This document shows positions 26,052-35,840 of a stretch of 64,000 nt of DNA, piece after piece. Positions within the stretch are counted from its first letter, which is position 1, and each line of letters begins with the position of its first letter. The DNA is from a virus (lineage: Duplodnaviria > Caudoviricetes): IMG/VR virus record IMGVR_UViG_2934748790_000001, positions 32,001 through 96,000 of that record. One strand, 5' to 3'. The position numbers were made by a program, and so were the translations under genes. The notes under the pieces are model-generated. The model was not told the origin of the DNA, made no database searches, and was given only the letters and a program-made list of their open reading frames with translations.

Positions 26052-28052
26052 ATGACGACGCCCACGACATTCCCTTACAAGAGGCCCGGGGTGTACATCT
26101 CGGAAAGCCTGAAGCCGCTTCCGCAGCAGGTATCGCCGCCCGGTGTTTCGATCGCGACGTTCGTCGGCACTCACGACGCGGGGCCCTCGACCCCGGTCAA
26201 GGTGACGTCCTGGGAGCAGTTCATGTCCCTTTACGGGGGCTTCGGAAACGGCATGAACTACTTGCCGTTCCAGGTCTACTCGTTCTTCGCGAACGGTGGC
26301 CGGACCGCATGGATTCTTCGCGCGACCCCGTCGGATTCGGTATCGGCCCGGCTCATGGTGCGCAACCGGCCGCTGCCGCCGACCGAGACGATTACCGGGA
26401 GCCCTGATGGTGTTCCGCCCACAGGCAGTGGCACCAAGCCCACCGCGAAGGTGACAGGGGTCTCGCTGGTAAGTCCGTCAGGACCGGTAACAGCCAACCC
26501 CGAGCAGACCGCGTTCGCGATCGAGTGGACCGCCATCACACCGCTGGCGAATGTGGACGCCTACCTGGTGGAGGTCACGCAGCCGGACGAGGGATCTTTC
26601 AGCAAGGTGGTCTGGGTCAGCCAGCCGTCCGAGGGCAAGCCCACAGCGGCGTTCACGAACCTTGCGCCCGGCACCACCTATGAGGTGCAGATCACGCCCT
26701 ACAAGGGCGAGACGGCCGGAGACCCCATGGACTCCCCTGCGGTCTTCGACACAACGGCCGGACACACCCCGGTCGATGCCCTCCAGGTCACTGCCCGGGG
26801 GCGGGGGGCATACGGAAACCGCCTCTTCGTCACCACCACCCCCTCCTGGAACTCGGGGCGCTTCCACCTGTACGTCAAATACGGGGGCACCAACCAGGGC
26901 GCCCTGGTCGAGACCTGGCAGGATCTCTCGCTCAACCCCGGCGACCCGCGCTACGCCGTCAGCCTCATCAACAGCGCCACTTCGGGGTCCAGCTACATCG
27001 AGATCGCGAATCTCCTGCCCCCGGACTCGGCCACCCCGGGCACCGGCGCCGCCCCTGACGGCTCCTGGCAGCCCGAGTACGTTGCCGACGCCCCTCTGGA
27101 GTCGGGGGTGGACGGCGTCCAGGCCGTCAACCTCTCTCAACAGCTCAGCGACCACTTCGCCTCCATCGAAGACGTCCTACTGGTGAACCTGTGCGGCAAC
27201 ACCCAGCTCACCGACCACGTACCGCCGGCCACCCAGATCAACTCCGCGCTGGTATGGGCAGAGGCCCGGCGCAGCGCGTTCGTCGTCCTCGACGCACCCC
27301 GACAGCCAGCGCCGATCGCGGCGGACGCCGCTGCGACGAAGTACATCGAATCCGCCTCCAGCTATGCCCCCGCGACGTCGTACGCGGCGCTGTACGGGCC
27401 GTGGGTCCAGGTCGCAGACCCGGCCGGCGCCTCGGTGTCCTCGACGCGGATGCTGCCGCCGAGCGGGGCGGTCATGGGCCAGTTCTCTCAAGCGGATGCG
27501 GCAGTCGGTCCCAACCGAAGCCCTGCCGGCATCGCGTACAGCCTGGTCGGCGCCGTAGGTGTCGAGCACCTCTTCACCCTCGACCAGCTCGACGCGCTCA
27601 ACGAGAGGGGGGTCAACGTCATTCGGCCCGTACCCCAGAGCGGCTATTGCGTGATGGGGGCGCGCACCCTCAAGGCCGGAATGCCGGACCGCTACATCAG
27701 CGTGCGGCGCATGCTGATGTACATCGAGAACCTGCTGGAGAACGTCACACGGTTCGCGATTTTCGAGCCGAACGGACCGGAGTTGTGGCAGACCCTCTCG
27801 GCGCTGGTGAGCCAACAGCTCATGACGCTCACCCAGTCCGGACAACTTCAGTCCGGAGTCCCCGACGAAGCGTTCTTCGTGGTGTGTGACGACACCAACA
27901 ACACGCCTCGAACGGTATCGCTGGGAGAGATCCACATCACGATCGGCGTGGCACTTTCCAGCCCGGCCGAGTTCATCGTGATCGAGATCAGCCAGTACCA
28001 GGGCGGAGTCTCTTCGGCGACAGACTCCATGGAGCAGACAGCCATCGGCTGA
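26052..28052 (+). CDS. contractile tail sheath protein with inserted FN3-like domain
   Basis: YKRPGVYISE, FFANGG, YAALYGPWV, PPSGAVMG, GARTL, YISVRR, FAIFEPN, PAEFIVI. Confidence 0.95.
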   Translation: MTTPTTFPYKRPGVYISESLKPLPQQVSPPGVSIATFVGTHDAGPSTPVKVTSWEQFMSLYGGFGNGMNYLPFQVYSFFANGGRTAWILRATPSDSVSARLMVRNRPLPPTETITGSPDGVPPTGSGTKPTAKVTGVSLVSPSGPVTANPEQTAFAIEWTAITPLANVDAYLVEVTQPDEGSFSKVVWVSQPSEGKPTAAFTNLAPGTTYEVQITPYKGETAGDPMDSPAVFDTTAGHTPVDALQVTARGRGAYGNRLFVTTTPSWNSGRFHLYVKYGGTNQGALVETWQDLSLNPGDPRYAVSLINSATSGSSYIEIANLLPPDSATPGTGAAPDGSWQPEYVADAPLESGVDGVQAVNLSQQLSDHFASIEDVLLVNLCGNTQLTDHVPPATQINSALVWAEARRSAFVVLDAPRQPAPIAADAAATKYIESASSYAPATSYAALYGPWVQVADPAGASVSSTRMLPPSGAVMGQFSQADAAVGPNRSPAGIAYSLVGAVGVEHLFTLDQLDALNERGVNVIRPVPQSGYCVMGARTLKAGMPDRYISVRRMLMYIENLLENVTRFAIFEPNGPELWQTLSALVSQQLMTLTQSGQLQSGVPDEAFFVVCDDTNNTPRTVSLGEIHITIGVALSSPAEFIVIEISQYQGGVSSATDSMEQTAIG

Positions 28053-28125
28053 CAAGCAGTGTCCAACCGCCTCTCGTCTCTGATCATTTCGGCGGTCCCC
28101 GAGATCGGGAATTGAGAGGTGAAGC

Positions 28126-28710
28126 ATGGCGACCGTAAGCACGACGCAGAAGCCGAGTCTGGCGCAGCTCCAGACCGACCCGCTGCGGAACTTCAAGTTT
28201 CAGGTGCAGATCCACCTGGCAAACTCCACGCTGGACTCCAGCAAGCGCTCGAATCAGCTCGGATTCATGTCCGTCAGCGGGCTGAGCATCACCACCGACG
28301 TCGTGGTCTACCGCCAGGGCGGCATGAACACCACGACGCAGAAGATGCCTGGTCAGAGCGACTTTGCGCCCATCACGCTGTCCCGGGGACTCATCTGCGG
28401 CGACTCGGACATCTATAAGTGGCTGAAGCAGCTTTTCATGGTCATGCAGGGAAGCGGCGGCAACGACGGCGCCTACAACTTCCGGGCCACGATGGACATT
28501 TACCTGCTGGACCACCCCGTGACCACGAAGACCGTCTACTACAAGGCTGGCTGGCGCATCTATAACTGCTGGCCCACCAGCATCGCCTTCGGCGACCTGG
28601 ACAGCGGGGCGAACGGTGTGGAACTCCAGCAGATCACCCTCGCGCACGAAGGCTGGGACTTCAAGATCGCCAGCAAGTACGGGCCCGGCGTCGGCGTCTC
28701 GATGCCGTAA
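28126..28710 (+). CDS. tail tube protein (T4 gp19-like)
   Basis: DPLRNFKFQV, GFMSVSGL, YRQGG, PITLSRG, ITLAHEG. Confidence 0.93.
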   Translation: MATVSTTQKPSLAQLQTDPLRNFKFQVQIHLANSTLDSSKRSNQLGFMSVSGLSITTDVVVYRQGGMNTTTQKMPGQSDFAPITLSRGLICGDSDIYKWLKQLFMVMQGSGGNDGAYNFRATMDIYLLDHPVTTKTVYYKAGWRIYNCWPTSIAFGDLDSGANGVELQQITLAHEGWDFKIASKYGPGVGVSMP

Positions 28711-28736
28711 ATCGAAGAAAACTCGAAGGACGACAC

Positions 28737-29597
28737 ATGACAGAGCCCATTGTGCTCCCCGAATTCGACAACTTCGGCGACCAGACCATCAGCGGTCTGG
28801 AGGCACCGGAGGAAGCTACCGCCGCCAGCCAGTCCGTCCTCCGAGAGGCCCGGAACTCCGGCAGGCCGCGCATTGACGACCCCGGGGACAATCAGCTCAC
28901 CCTCGAACGCGGGATCTGCCGAGAAGGCACGTGGTACCGCAATGCGGAGGTACGCGAACTCACTGGCGCCGATGAGGAGGCCATCGCCGCCGCCGGCGTC
29001 GGCACGAGCGCATACAGGGTCTTCGAGACTCTCCTGCTGCGCGCCACGGTCCATGTCGGCGGCGAGCCGATGTCCCCCAAGGTTGCCGCCGAGCTGCTCA
29101 TCGGCGACCGGGAGGCCCTCGTCGTGGCGATCCGGCGGGCGAGCTTCGGCGAGAACCTCGAATTCGAGAGGCTGCCCTGCCCCCGGTGCGGTGAGCTTGT
29201 CGACATCACCGTGCCGCTCGCGGCTCTGCCGAGCGTCACTCTCGACGAACCCGAACGCGTCAACTTCGAGGTACCGCTTCGTCACGGGGCCACGGCCACC
29301 GTGCGCCTACCCACCGGCGAGGACCAGGAAGCCGTCTTCGCCATCAAGAACAACAAGGCGCGGCAGGACAGCGAGATCCTCGGTCGTTGTGTTCTGAGTG
29401 TCGCCCAGCCGGACGGCACCGAGATCCGCAAGCCGCCTGCCCAGACACTAAGAATGGCTGACCGCCAGGCCATTCTGGGATTCCTCGGGGAGACCCAGCC
29501 GGGCCCCCGCCTCGCCGACTTCTCCTTCACGCACGAAACGTGCGGAGAGGAGGTAGCCCTGCCGATCAGCCTGGCCATGCTCTTTCGCGGACTGTGA
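28737..29597 (+). CDS. tail/baseplate assembly chaperone
   Basis: AEVRELTGADEEAI, LLIGDRE, CPRC, RLPTG; lies between tube and tape measure. Confidence 0.85.
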   Translation: MTEPIVLPEFDNFGDQTISGLEAPEEATAASQSVLREARNSGRPRIDDPGDNQLTLERGICREGTWYRNAEVRELTGADEEAIAAAGVGTSAYRVFETLLLRATVHVGGEPMSPKVAAELLIGDREALVVAIRRASFGENLEFERLPCPRCGELVDITVPLAALPSVTLDEPERVNFEVPLRHGATATVRLPTGEDQEAVFAIKNNKARQDSEILGRCVLSVAQPDGTEIRKPPAQTLRMADRQAILGFLGETQPGPRLADFSFTHETCGEEVALPISLAMLFRGL

Positions 29598-29739
29598 CTA
29601 CCAGCGCGCCTTCTCGGAATTCGAAATTCTCGCGCAGTTTCACCCTGGGTGGTCCTTGCGAGACATCAGGTCCCTCTCCATCCGTGAGCGCCATCACTGG
29701 ATTCGCCACGCTGCCTGGGAAGTAGAAAGGAGGCAGTAG
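29584..29739 (+). CDS. +1-frame extension of the tail chaperone
   Basis: FADCDYQRAFSEFEILAQFHPGWSLRDIRSLSIRERHHW...; no suitable start of its own; CTC TTT CGC at 29580-29588. Confidence 0.7.
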   Translation, partial: FADCDYQRAFSEFEILAQFHPGWSLRDIRSLSIRERHHWIRHAAWEVERRQ

Positions 29740-32658
29740 ATGACCACTCCCCCGCCCCCGACCGGCCCTCCGAACCCGGGGCAGGGCGGGCTGTTCGGCT
29801 CGAACCAGCTCGGCGGACAGATGGACGCCTTGACGCGGGCCTTCACGGCGTTCACCAACAGGTTCGCCAGTACCTCCGGCATGTCGAACATGGGGCTGTC
29901 CGCCTCCAACTTCGGCCAGGGGCAGCGACTGGGAGAGCAGTCGGCCCGTCTTCAGCAGCGGTACCAGCAGAACTACGACGCGCACAACGCTGCCCGGCTG
30001 CGCCAGCAGGAGGAACTGGAGCGCCAGCAGCTTCAGTGGGACCGTCAGCAGCGCGTGGGCACTCGCACGATGAACAACGGCAGGTTGCCGCAGTGGCGTC
30101 GGCAGGAGGCCAGCGACCGGCTCGACGAGCAGGGCATCCTGTTCGCCAACGCGCAGGCCCGTACGCGCCGTGACTGGGGTGTGCAGGACAATCAGCACAC
30201 CGCCGCGATGTCCCAGATGTACTCCGACATGGACCGGCTCCGGCGTCAGCAGTCCACGCAGATGACGATGAACCGCCTGGCGCTCGGCGGGCAGGCTGTC
30301 GGGGCAGTGGTCGGCGCGGCCCGTGCTCACTATGCGGGCAACGAGGAGGAGAGTCTCGGGCAGTTCGAGCGTCGGTTCTCTCTCATGCGTCCGACCTGGG
30401 GGGGCACGGCCGGCAGACGGGCCCGCTCCTATGGGCGCGAGATGCAGAGGTACGGCTCCATCATGTGGGGCACCTCGAACGAGGACGTCTTCGGAGGTGC
30501 CGGTTCGATCCTCCAGCAGTCGCCGCTCAACCAGTACGGCGCACAGATGCGGCGGGCCAGCTCCGCCGCGTTCGTCACTCCCGGGCTCGGAATCCAGGGC
30601 GCGGCGCAGATGCAGCAGGAGCTGGGAACCGCCCAGGCATTTTACGCCTCCCAGATGTTCGGGCTCTCCCCCACCCGATTCGCCGGAGGGGAGCAGAACT
30701 CCTCTGCGGCAATGGCTCTTTCGCTCGCGCAGCGTGTGAACAACGAGGGGTTCGGCCGTCTTTCCGGGACTCAGCTCCAGGCGCAGCTAGCGCAAGGCGG
30801 GTCGTTGTCCATGTCGATGGCCAATTACGGCCGCACGGCGGGCCTTTCCGGGCAGTCGATGGAGGCCATGCGGAACCAGACGGAACTCCTGCGGGATTTG
30901 ATGAACCCCAGCAAGGAGGGATTGGAGAAGCTCTCCTCGGACCAGGCGCTTCAGACGATCGAGGCTGCCGGCCGCCGTGACGGTGCAGGAGACAAGGCAC
31001 GCGACAAGATCAAGAAGTACGCGCCGAGCGTCGGGGATTCCTACCAGGATTCCCAGCGCTATCTTCAGGGCCTGGACCGTGAGGGCCATCTCCCGGCAAG
31101 TGCCTCCTACTTGGATGCGGCGAAGGCGTCGGCCAACTCGCTGGCGGACATTCACTCACTTCTCCAGAAGACACTGGAGCCCATGGCCGACGCCATCGGC
31201 ACGGTTGCGGGTAGTGCTAAGGGTGGTGGTTTCTGGGGCTCTCTCAAGGCTGGTCTCGAAGGCGGGTGGAACTCCGGCCCCAACGTCCTGTTCGGGGATT
31301 CGGGGGAAGGTACCGACCAGTCGTCGTGGGCGAAGGGTGCGTGGAAGGGCATCAGCGGCTTCCTCGGCGGGGATTCCGGTACGCCCGAGTCCAAGCAGGG
31401 CAAGTCGAAGAAGAAGAAGGCGGATTCGGCCGGCGTCACGGGGGGCGGCATCCAAGGCGCGATCGGCTTCGCGCGTAAACAGCTCGGTGACCGGTACATC
31501 CTGGGTGCCGAGGGCCCGGACGCATGGGATTGCTCCAGCCTCATGAGGGCCGCCTTCGAGAAGGCCGGCGTGTCGCTACCGCGCGTCACCTATGACCAGA
31601 TCAAGAAGGGTGTGGAAGTACCTATCGACGAGGTCAAGACGGGCGACCTTGTTTTCTACAAGGACCTTTCACACGTCGGTCTGTACACAGGGAACGGGCG
31701 GGTTCTCGAAGCTGCGAATCCAGGCAAGGGCGTCATCGAGGGCCCGATGTACTCCAAGTTCACCCGTGCCCGCCGCGTGCTGTCCGGAAGTGTGGCTGCG
31801 ACGGAGAGCCTGTCCGGAAAGAACGAGGACCCCACTGCGAGCCAGAGCGGAAGTGGCGGCGGATTCACGGTTGCCGGGGCGTACGGCTCCACCGAAGAAG
31901 TCGACGCGCTCGCCGCTGCGCTGGCCGGAGGAGGTGGCGGAGGCAGTGCCCAGAGCGTGAGCCGCACCCCGAGCGCCACCCAGAACGAAGAAGCTGACAC
32001 TGAGGACAGTGACGCCGGGGCGGAGGCGCCCCGAAACGTCAAGGCGAACGTCGCGCTGGGAAAGAAGATGGCCGCCTCGTACGGATGGCACGGCAGCCAG
32101 TGGACATCCCTCTACAAATTGTGGATGGGAGAGTCCGGTTGGAGGCATTGGGCGGACAACCCGACCAGTGATGCGTACGGAATTCCCCAGGCCATGAGCA
32201 ACCTCCATACGGAGACCGCGACTTCGGCGTGGCGGAACTCTCCGGAGAAGCAAATTGCTTGGGGGCTGAAGTACATCAAGGGGCGCTACGGCACCCCCTC
32301 CAAGGCGTGGAGTTTCTGGAACTCGAAGAACCCCCACTGGTACAAGGATGGCGCTTGGGAGGTGCCGGGCCAGCAGGGGCAGGGAGTTGACGCGCGACTG
32401 CACGGCGGAGAGATGGTCCTGGAGGCCAACGCGGCGCACACCGTGCGCCAGGCCCTGCTCAACCAGGGCCTGAATGCCTCATCCGACCAGGGGTCCAATG
32501 CCACCAGCAGCGGGGCGGTCTCCCTCCAGTTCAGCCCCGGCTCCGTGGTCATCCAGATGCCCGCCGCATCCGCCGAAGGCGCCCGGACGGCAGCCCAAGC
32601 CTTCGTCACGCATATTGCGGCTGACGATCGCATCAGGTCGCTGATGGGGGGCTGGTGA
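29740..32658 (+). CDS. tape measure protein with NlpC/P60 and lytic-transglycosylase-like domains
   Basis: Helical N-terminus; GPDAWDCSSL...HVGLY; LWMGESGW...NPTSDAYGIPQA...GLKYIKGRYG. Confidence 0.9.
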   Translation: MTTPPPPTGPPNPGQGGLFGSNQLGGQMDALTRAFTAFTNRFASTSGMSNMGLSASNFGQGQRLGEQSARLQQRYQQNYDAHNAARLRQQEELERQQLQWDRQQRVGTRTMNNGRLPQWRRQEASDRLDEQGILFANAQARTRRDWGVQDNQHTAAMSQMYSDMDRLRRQQSTQMTMNRLALGGQAVGAVVGAARAHYAGNEEESLGQFERRFSLMRPTWGGTAGRRARSYGREMQRYGSIMWGTSNEDVFGGAGSILQQSPLNQYGAQMRRASSAAFVTPGLGIQGAAQMQQELGTAQAFYASQMFGLSPTRFAGGEQNSSAAMALSLAQRVNNEGFGRLSGTQLQAQLAQGGSLSMSMANYGRTAGLSGQSMEAMRNQTELLRDLMNPSKEGLEKLSSDQALQTIEAAGRRDGAGDKARDKIKKYAPSVGDSYQDSQRYLQGLDREGHLPASASYLDAAKASANSLADIHSLLQKTLEPMADAIGTVAGSAKGGGFWGSLKAGLEGGWNSGPNVLFGDSGEGTDQSSWAKGAWKGISGFLGGDSGTPESKQGKSKKKKADSAGVTGGGIQGAIGFARKQLGDRYILGAEGPDAWDCSSLMRAAFEKAGVSLPRVTYDQIKKGVEVPIDEVKTGDLVFYKDLSHVGLYTGNGRVLEAANPGKGVIEGPMYSKFTRARRVLSGSVAATESLSGKNEDPTASQSGSGGGFTVAGAYGSTEEVDALAAALAGGGGGGSAQSVSRTPSATQNEEADTEDSDAGAEAPRNVKANVALGKKMAASYGWHGSQWTSLYKLWMGESGWRHWADNPTSDAYGIPQAMSNLHTETATSAWRNSPEKQIAWGLKYIKGRYGTPSKAWSFWNSKNPHWYKDGAWEVPGQQGQGVDARLHGGEMVLEANAAHTVRQALLNQGLNASSDQGSNATSSGAVSLQFSPGSVVIQMPAASAEGARTAAQAFVTHIAADDRIRSLMGGW

Positions 32659-33386
32659 TGACGGAGAAGAAGAAGTCCGACGGAGCTGTCAACATGCCCG
32701 GCAAGGGCATCTGGGAGAACAACTTCGACCCCCGCATCCGGGCGATTCCGTCGTACTTGCCGGGTGAGTCCTCCGGATCGTCCTACGGGCTGAAGCACGG
32801 ATACATGGTGACGGCGTACCCCAAGGGCAAGTCCGGCCAAATCTACATGCTGAATTTCTTGTACAACCCGTCCACGGTGACGCTCAGCCATTCCATCGAC
32901 GCAGCAAACCAGGTCATGCCCGCGTACACCAGGAGCGACCAGGACTCAGGCACCCCTCTCGTTGCGGCCGGTGGCACGCTGTCTTTCAACCTTCTTTTCG
33001 ACCGCAGCTACGAGATGAGCGACAAGACTAAATTCAGCACTATCGAGGGCACGTACGGCGTCATGGCAGACATCCACGTGCTGTACAACCTGATCGGCAT
33101 CAACTCGCCCCAGGTGGTGTGGAATCAAGGAGATGGAGACTCTGCCGATGCCTCGGTTGATGCGAACAACGTGATCGGGATTATGCAGATGAATCCCGTG
33201 TGGGTGCGGTTCGGGCAGGCGCGGCATTCATTTCGCGACAAGCTGCCCGGTCTCAGCCGGATGGAGTATTTCGGCTACGTCGCCAACGTGGAAATTACTT
33301 ACACCCATTTCTCGCAGCGTATGACTCCAGTGCGCTGTGCGGTCGGCATCAGCATGCAGCTCATGTCGACGGCCGGCTGGGTTTAA
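32658..33386 (+). CDS. tube-initiator/baseplate-associated protein
   Basis: FLYNP, LSFNLLFDR, YTHFSQRMTPVRC. Confidence 0.7.
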   Translation: MTEKKKSDGAVNMPGKGIWENNFDPRIRAIPSYLPGESSGSSYGLKHGYMVTAYPKGKSGQIYMLNFLYNPSTVTLSHSIDAANQVMPAYTRSDQDSGTPLVAAGGTLSFNLLFDRSYEMSDKTKFSTIEGTYGVMADIHVLYNLIGINSPQVVWNQGDGDSADASVDANNVIGIMQMNPVWVRFGQARHSFRDKLPGLSRMEYFGYVANVEITYTHFSQRMTPVRCAVGISMQLMSTAGWV

Positions 33387-33395
33387 GGAGCTATC

Positions 33396-33680
33396 GTGTC
33401 TATTTCTCTCACCTCGCGATACCAGCGCCACGCAACTGCTCTGGTCAAGGACCGCCACGGCCGTCTTCAGCTCGCGATCATGCATCGCGGCCCGGAGAGC
33501 CGGTCCCTGCGCGTGTCCGACTTCCGCTGGCGCGGCGATGAGCGGGTCGACGACGTGTCCACCCGGTACTACGGCAGCGAGTCGAGCTGGTGGATGGTCG
33601 CCGAGGCCAACCCGCAGATCCTGGACTGGACGCAGGTACCGGCCGGCATGCAGATCATGGTGCCCCGTGGCCTGGCGTAG
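33396..33680 (+). CDS. LysM-like/tail X baseplate protein
   Basis: GDERVDDVSTRYYG...WWMVAEANP...PAGMQIMVP. Confidence 0.85.
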   Translation: MSISLTSRYQRHATALVKDRHGRLQLAIMHRGPESRSLRVSDFRWRGDERVDDVSTRYYGSESSWWMVAEANPQILDWTQVPAGMQIMVPRGLA

Positions 33681-34866
33681 GGCATTTCGGCCGCATCTGT
33701 ACGCGAAGCGCCCGGTGCTGGAGAAGGGGGCGTGGCTGTCGGGTTGCGAGGTTTTCCAGGCCGAGGGCGCGCACCAAGTTGTCGAGCTGACGGTCATGCA
33801 CACGTACAACCCGGCGCTACCCGTGCAGCAGTGGCGTACGCCTGCCGGGGCGGTGTGGCAGGAGAACAGCCCTGCGCACCTGCGCTGGGGTTGGTACGCG
33901 GACGATTCCGTCGACTGGTACGGCTACGTCGCCAGCTCCCGGGTCCTGGCCAACGAGTCCGACCCCCGCTACGGGCACGCGGTGCAGGTGCCCGTCGTCT
34001 ACACCCTCGTCGGCGCCTCGATGCTCATGCAGACGCACCGCGCCCGCACGTGGCGGGGCACCACCGCCTCCGCCACAGCGCGCCAGATCGCCCAAGAATA
34101 CGCCCTCCAGCCCCGAGTCGACCCGACCGCCGTGGTGAGTGAGCAGAGCACCCAGGCAGGCAGCGACTGGCAGTACCTGTGCGACCTGGCCGACCGCAGT
34201 GGGTACCGGCTCTACTGCGACAACACCAGCGTGTGGTTCGTGAACCGGCGCACCGTCATGCCGGCCCCGGACGGAAGCACCCCGACCTTCTGGCAGCAGA
34301 AGTCTCCCGGGGTGATCGACTCGTTGCGCGAGTTCAGTGCTGTCGTCGGCGACACCGACCCGGCCGGGGGCCTGAGAGCCCGGTACGAGGCTGTGGCGTT
34401 CAACCGCAGCTCCAACGTCCTGACCCAGGCCACCTATACCCAGAAGCGCACGACGGTCCAGGGAGCACCTGTTCCTGCGCTGCTGAGCAGCCAGTACGCT
34501 GCCCTGCCTGCTGACAGCTATGCGCAGGCCGGACGTCTCCTGGACGCCGAGGCCGACGTGTTGTGGGTGGAAGCTCGTGCCGTCGTGAACGGCGACCCCC
34601 GATTGAAACCGGGCGCACTCGTCGAGCTGCGTGGGGCAGGCATCGGCGATGCGAATGAAGGACTTTGGATGGTGCGCAGCGCCATCCACAAGCTGGGGAT
34701 AAACCACCTCTACCCGCAGAAGAGTTCCTACACGACGACCCTCGTAGTGGGCCGGAATGGTGCGCGCTCCCTCAATCTCGGGGTGCAGGGCCGGCCGGTG
34801 AAACCTGCTCCGACTGTGCTGGTCTCCGGCAGGTGGAGGGCCGCGTACACCGGGGGGACGTCATGA
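33667..34866 (+). CDS. baseplate hub (late-control D/gp27-like)
   Basis: QAGSDWQYLCDLADRSGY, GDPRLKPG..VEL.G.G...GLWMV. Confidence 0.85.
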   Translation: MAWRRAFRPHLYAKRPVLEKGAWLSGCEVFQAEGAHQVVELTVMHTYNPALPVQQWRTPAGAVWQENSPAHLRWGWYADDSVDWYGYVASSRVLANESDPRYGHAVQVPVVYTLVGASMLMQTHRARTWRGTTASATARQIAQEYALQPRVDPTAVVSEQSTQAGSDWQYLCDLADRSGYRLYCDNTSVWFVNRRTVMPAPDGSTPTFWQQKSPGVIDSLREFSAVVGDTDPAGGLRARYEAVAFNRSSNVLTQATYTQKRTTVQGAPVPALLSSQYAALPADSYAQAGRLLDAEADVLWVEARAVVNGDPRLKPGALVELRGAGIGDANEGLWMVRSAIHKLGINHLYPQKSSYTTTLVVGRNGARSLNLGVQGRPVKPAPTVLVSGRWRAAYTGGTS

Positions 34867-35831
34867 ACCCGCTGTACGGAACCTACAGTGCCGTCGTGGT
34901 GTCCACACAGGACCCGCAGCAGCGCGGGCGTGCACGGCTGCGCATCCCCCAGCTCATGGGCATGGCTGTCAGCGGCTGGGCCGATCCCGTGGCGCTGGGG
35001 GCGACGCTTCCCGGGGACCAGGTCTACGCCGCCTTCGACGGTGGTGACCGTAACCGCCCCGTGTACTGGCCCAAGGTGCGCGACGGTGTGCAGTCCTGGG
35101 TGCCTCTGACGCTCGACTCCGGCTGGTCGGCCGGCACGAAGGGAGTCCCGGCGGTACGGCTCGGAGCGGACGGGATGCTGGAGCTGGACGGCTCTGTTTC
35201 CAGCTCGGCCGTCGGGGTGGGTAGTGCGGTGAAGTTCAGCCGACTGCCATCGGGGCTGTTTCCTCTGCACCGGGTGATGCAGCCGGTGGCGACGGACTAC
35301 AGGGCTGCTTTCAGCTCGCGGGTGTCCTACGCCGAGTACCGGGCGACAAGCACCACCGCCTCGGTTGCTTACGTGACCGATCCCAACGGGCCCGTCGTTA
35401 CGTTCATCGCGCCCGGGAGCGGGGCAGTGGTCATCACCTTCGGTGCACTGGCGCAGAATTCGACCGCGTCCGGTCGAGCGCTGATGGGCATCCAGATCAA
35501 GGACGGCTCGACGGTGGTCACCGGGCCCGACGACAATCGGAGTTCCGAGAATCAGAGCCAGAACAACTCGTCGGCCTCTAATTCGCTCACCTACGCGTCA
35601 CTGACCGCAGGCCGGACGTACACCGCGACGGCAATGTACCGGAGCGAGGGGGCCAGCAATACTGCATCCTTCGACAATAAATGGGTCTGTGTCACCCCGA
35701 CTGTTATCGACACCTCTCCCCTGGCCCGTGTTTCCATCGAGGTGAACGGGGATCTGAACCTCCTATTTCCCCTGGGGCATTACACCCCGTACGAAGCATC
35801 ACTCACCGGAGTACGAGCACGAGTCGTGTAA
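34863..35831 (+). CDS. baseplate spike (gpV/gp5 OB-fold) with C-terminal beta domains
   Basis: YGTYSAVVVSTQDPQQRGRARLRIPQL...PGDQVYAAFDGGDRNRPVY. Confidence 0.85.
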   Translation: MNPLYGTYSAVVVSTQDPQQRGRARLRIPQLMGMAVSGWADPVALGATLPGDQVYAAFDGGDRNRPVYWPKVRDGVQSWVPLTLDSGWSAGTKGVPAVRLGADGMLELDGSVSSSAVGVGSAVKFSRLPSGLFPLHRVMQPVATDYRAAFSSRVSYAEYRATSTTASVAYVTDPNGPVVTFIAPGSGAVVITFGALAQNSTASGRALMGIQIKDGSTVVTGPDDNRSSENQSQNNSSASNSLTYASLTAGRTYTATAMYRSEGASNTASFDNKWVCVTPTVIDTSPLARVSIEVNGDLNLLFPLGHYTPYEASLTGVRARVV

Positions 35832-35840
35832 GGAGAGGCA

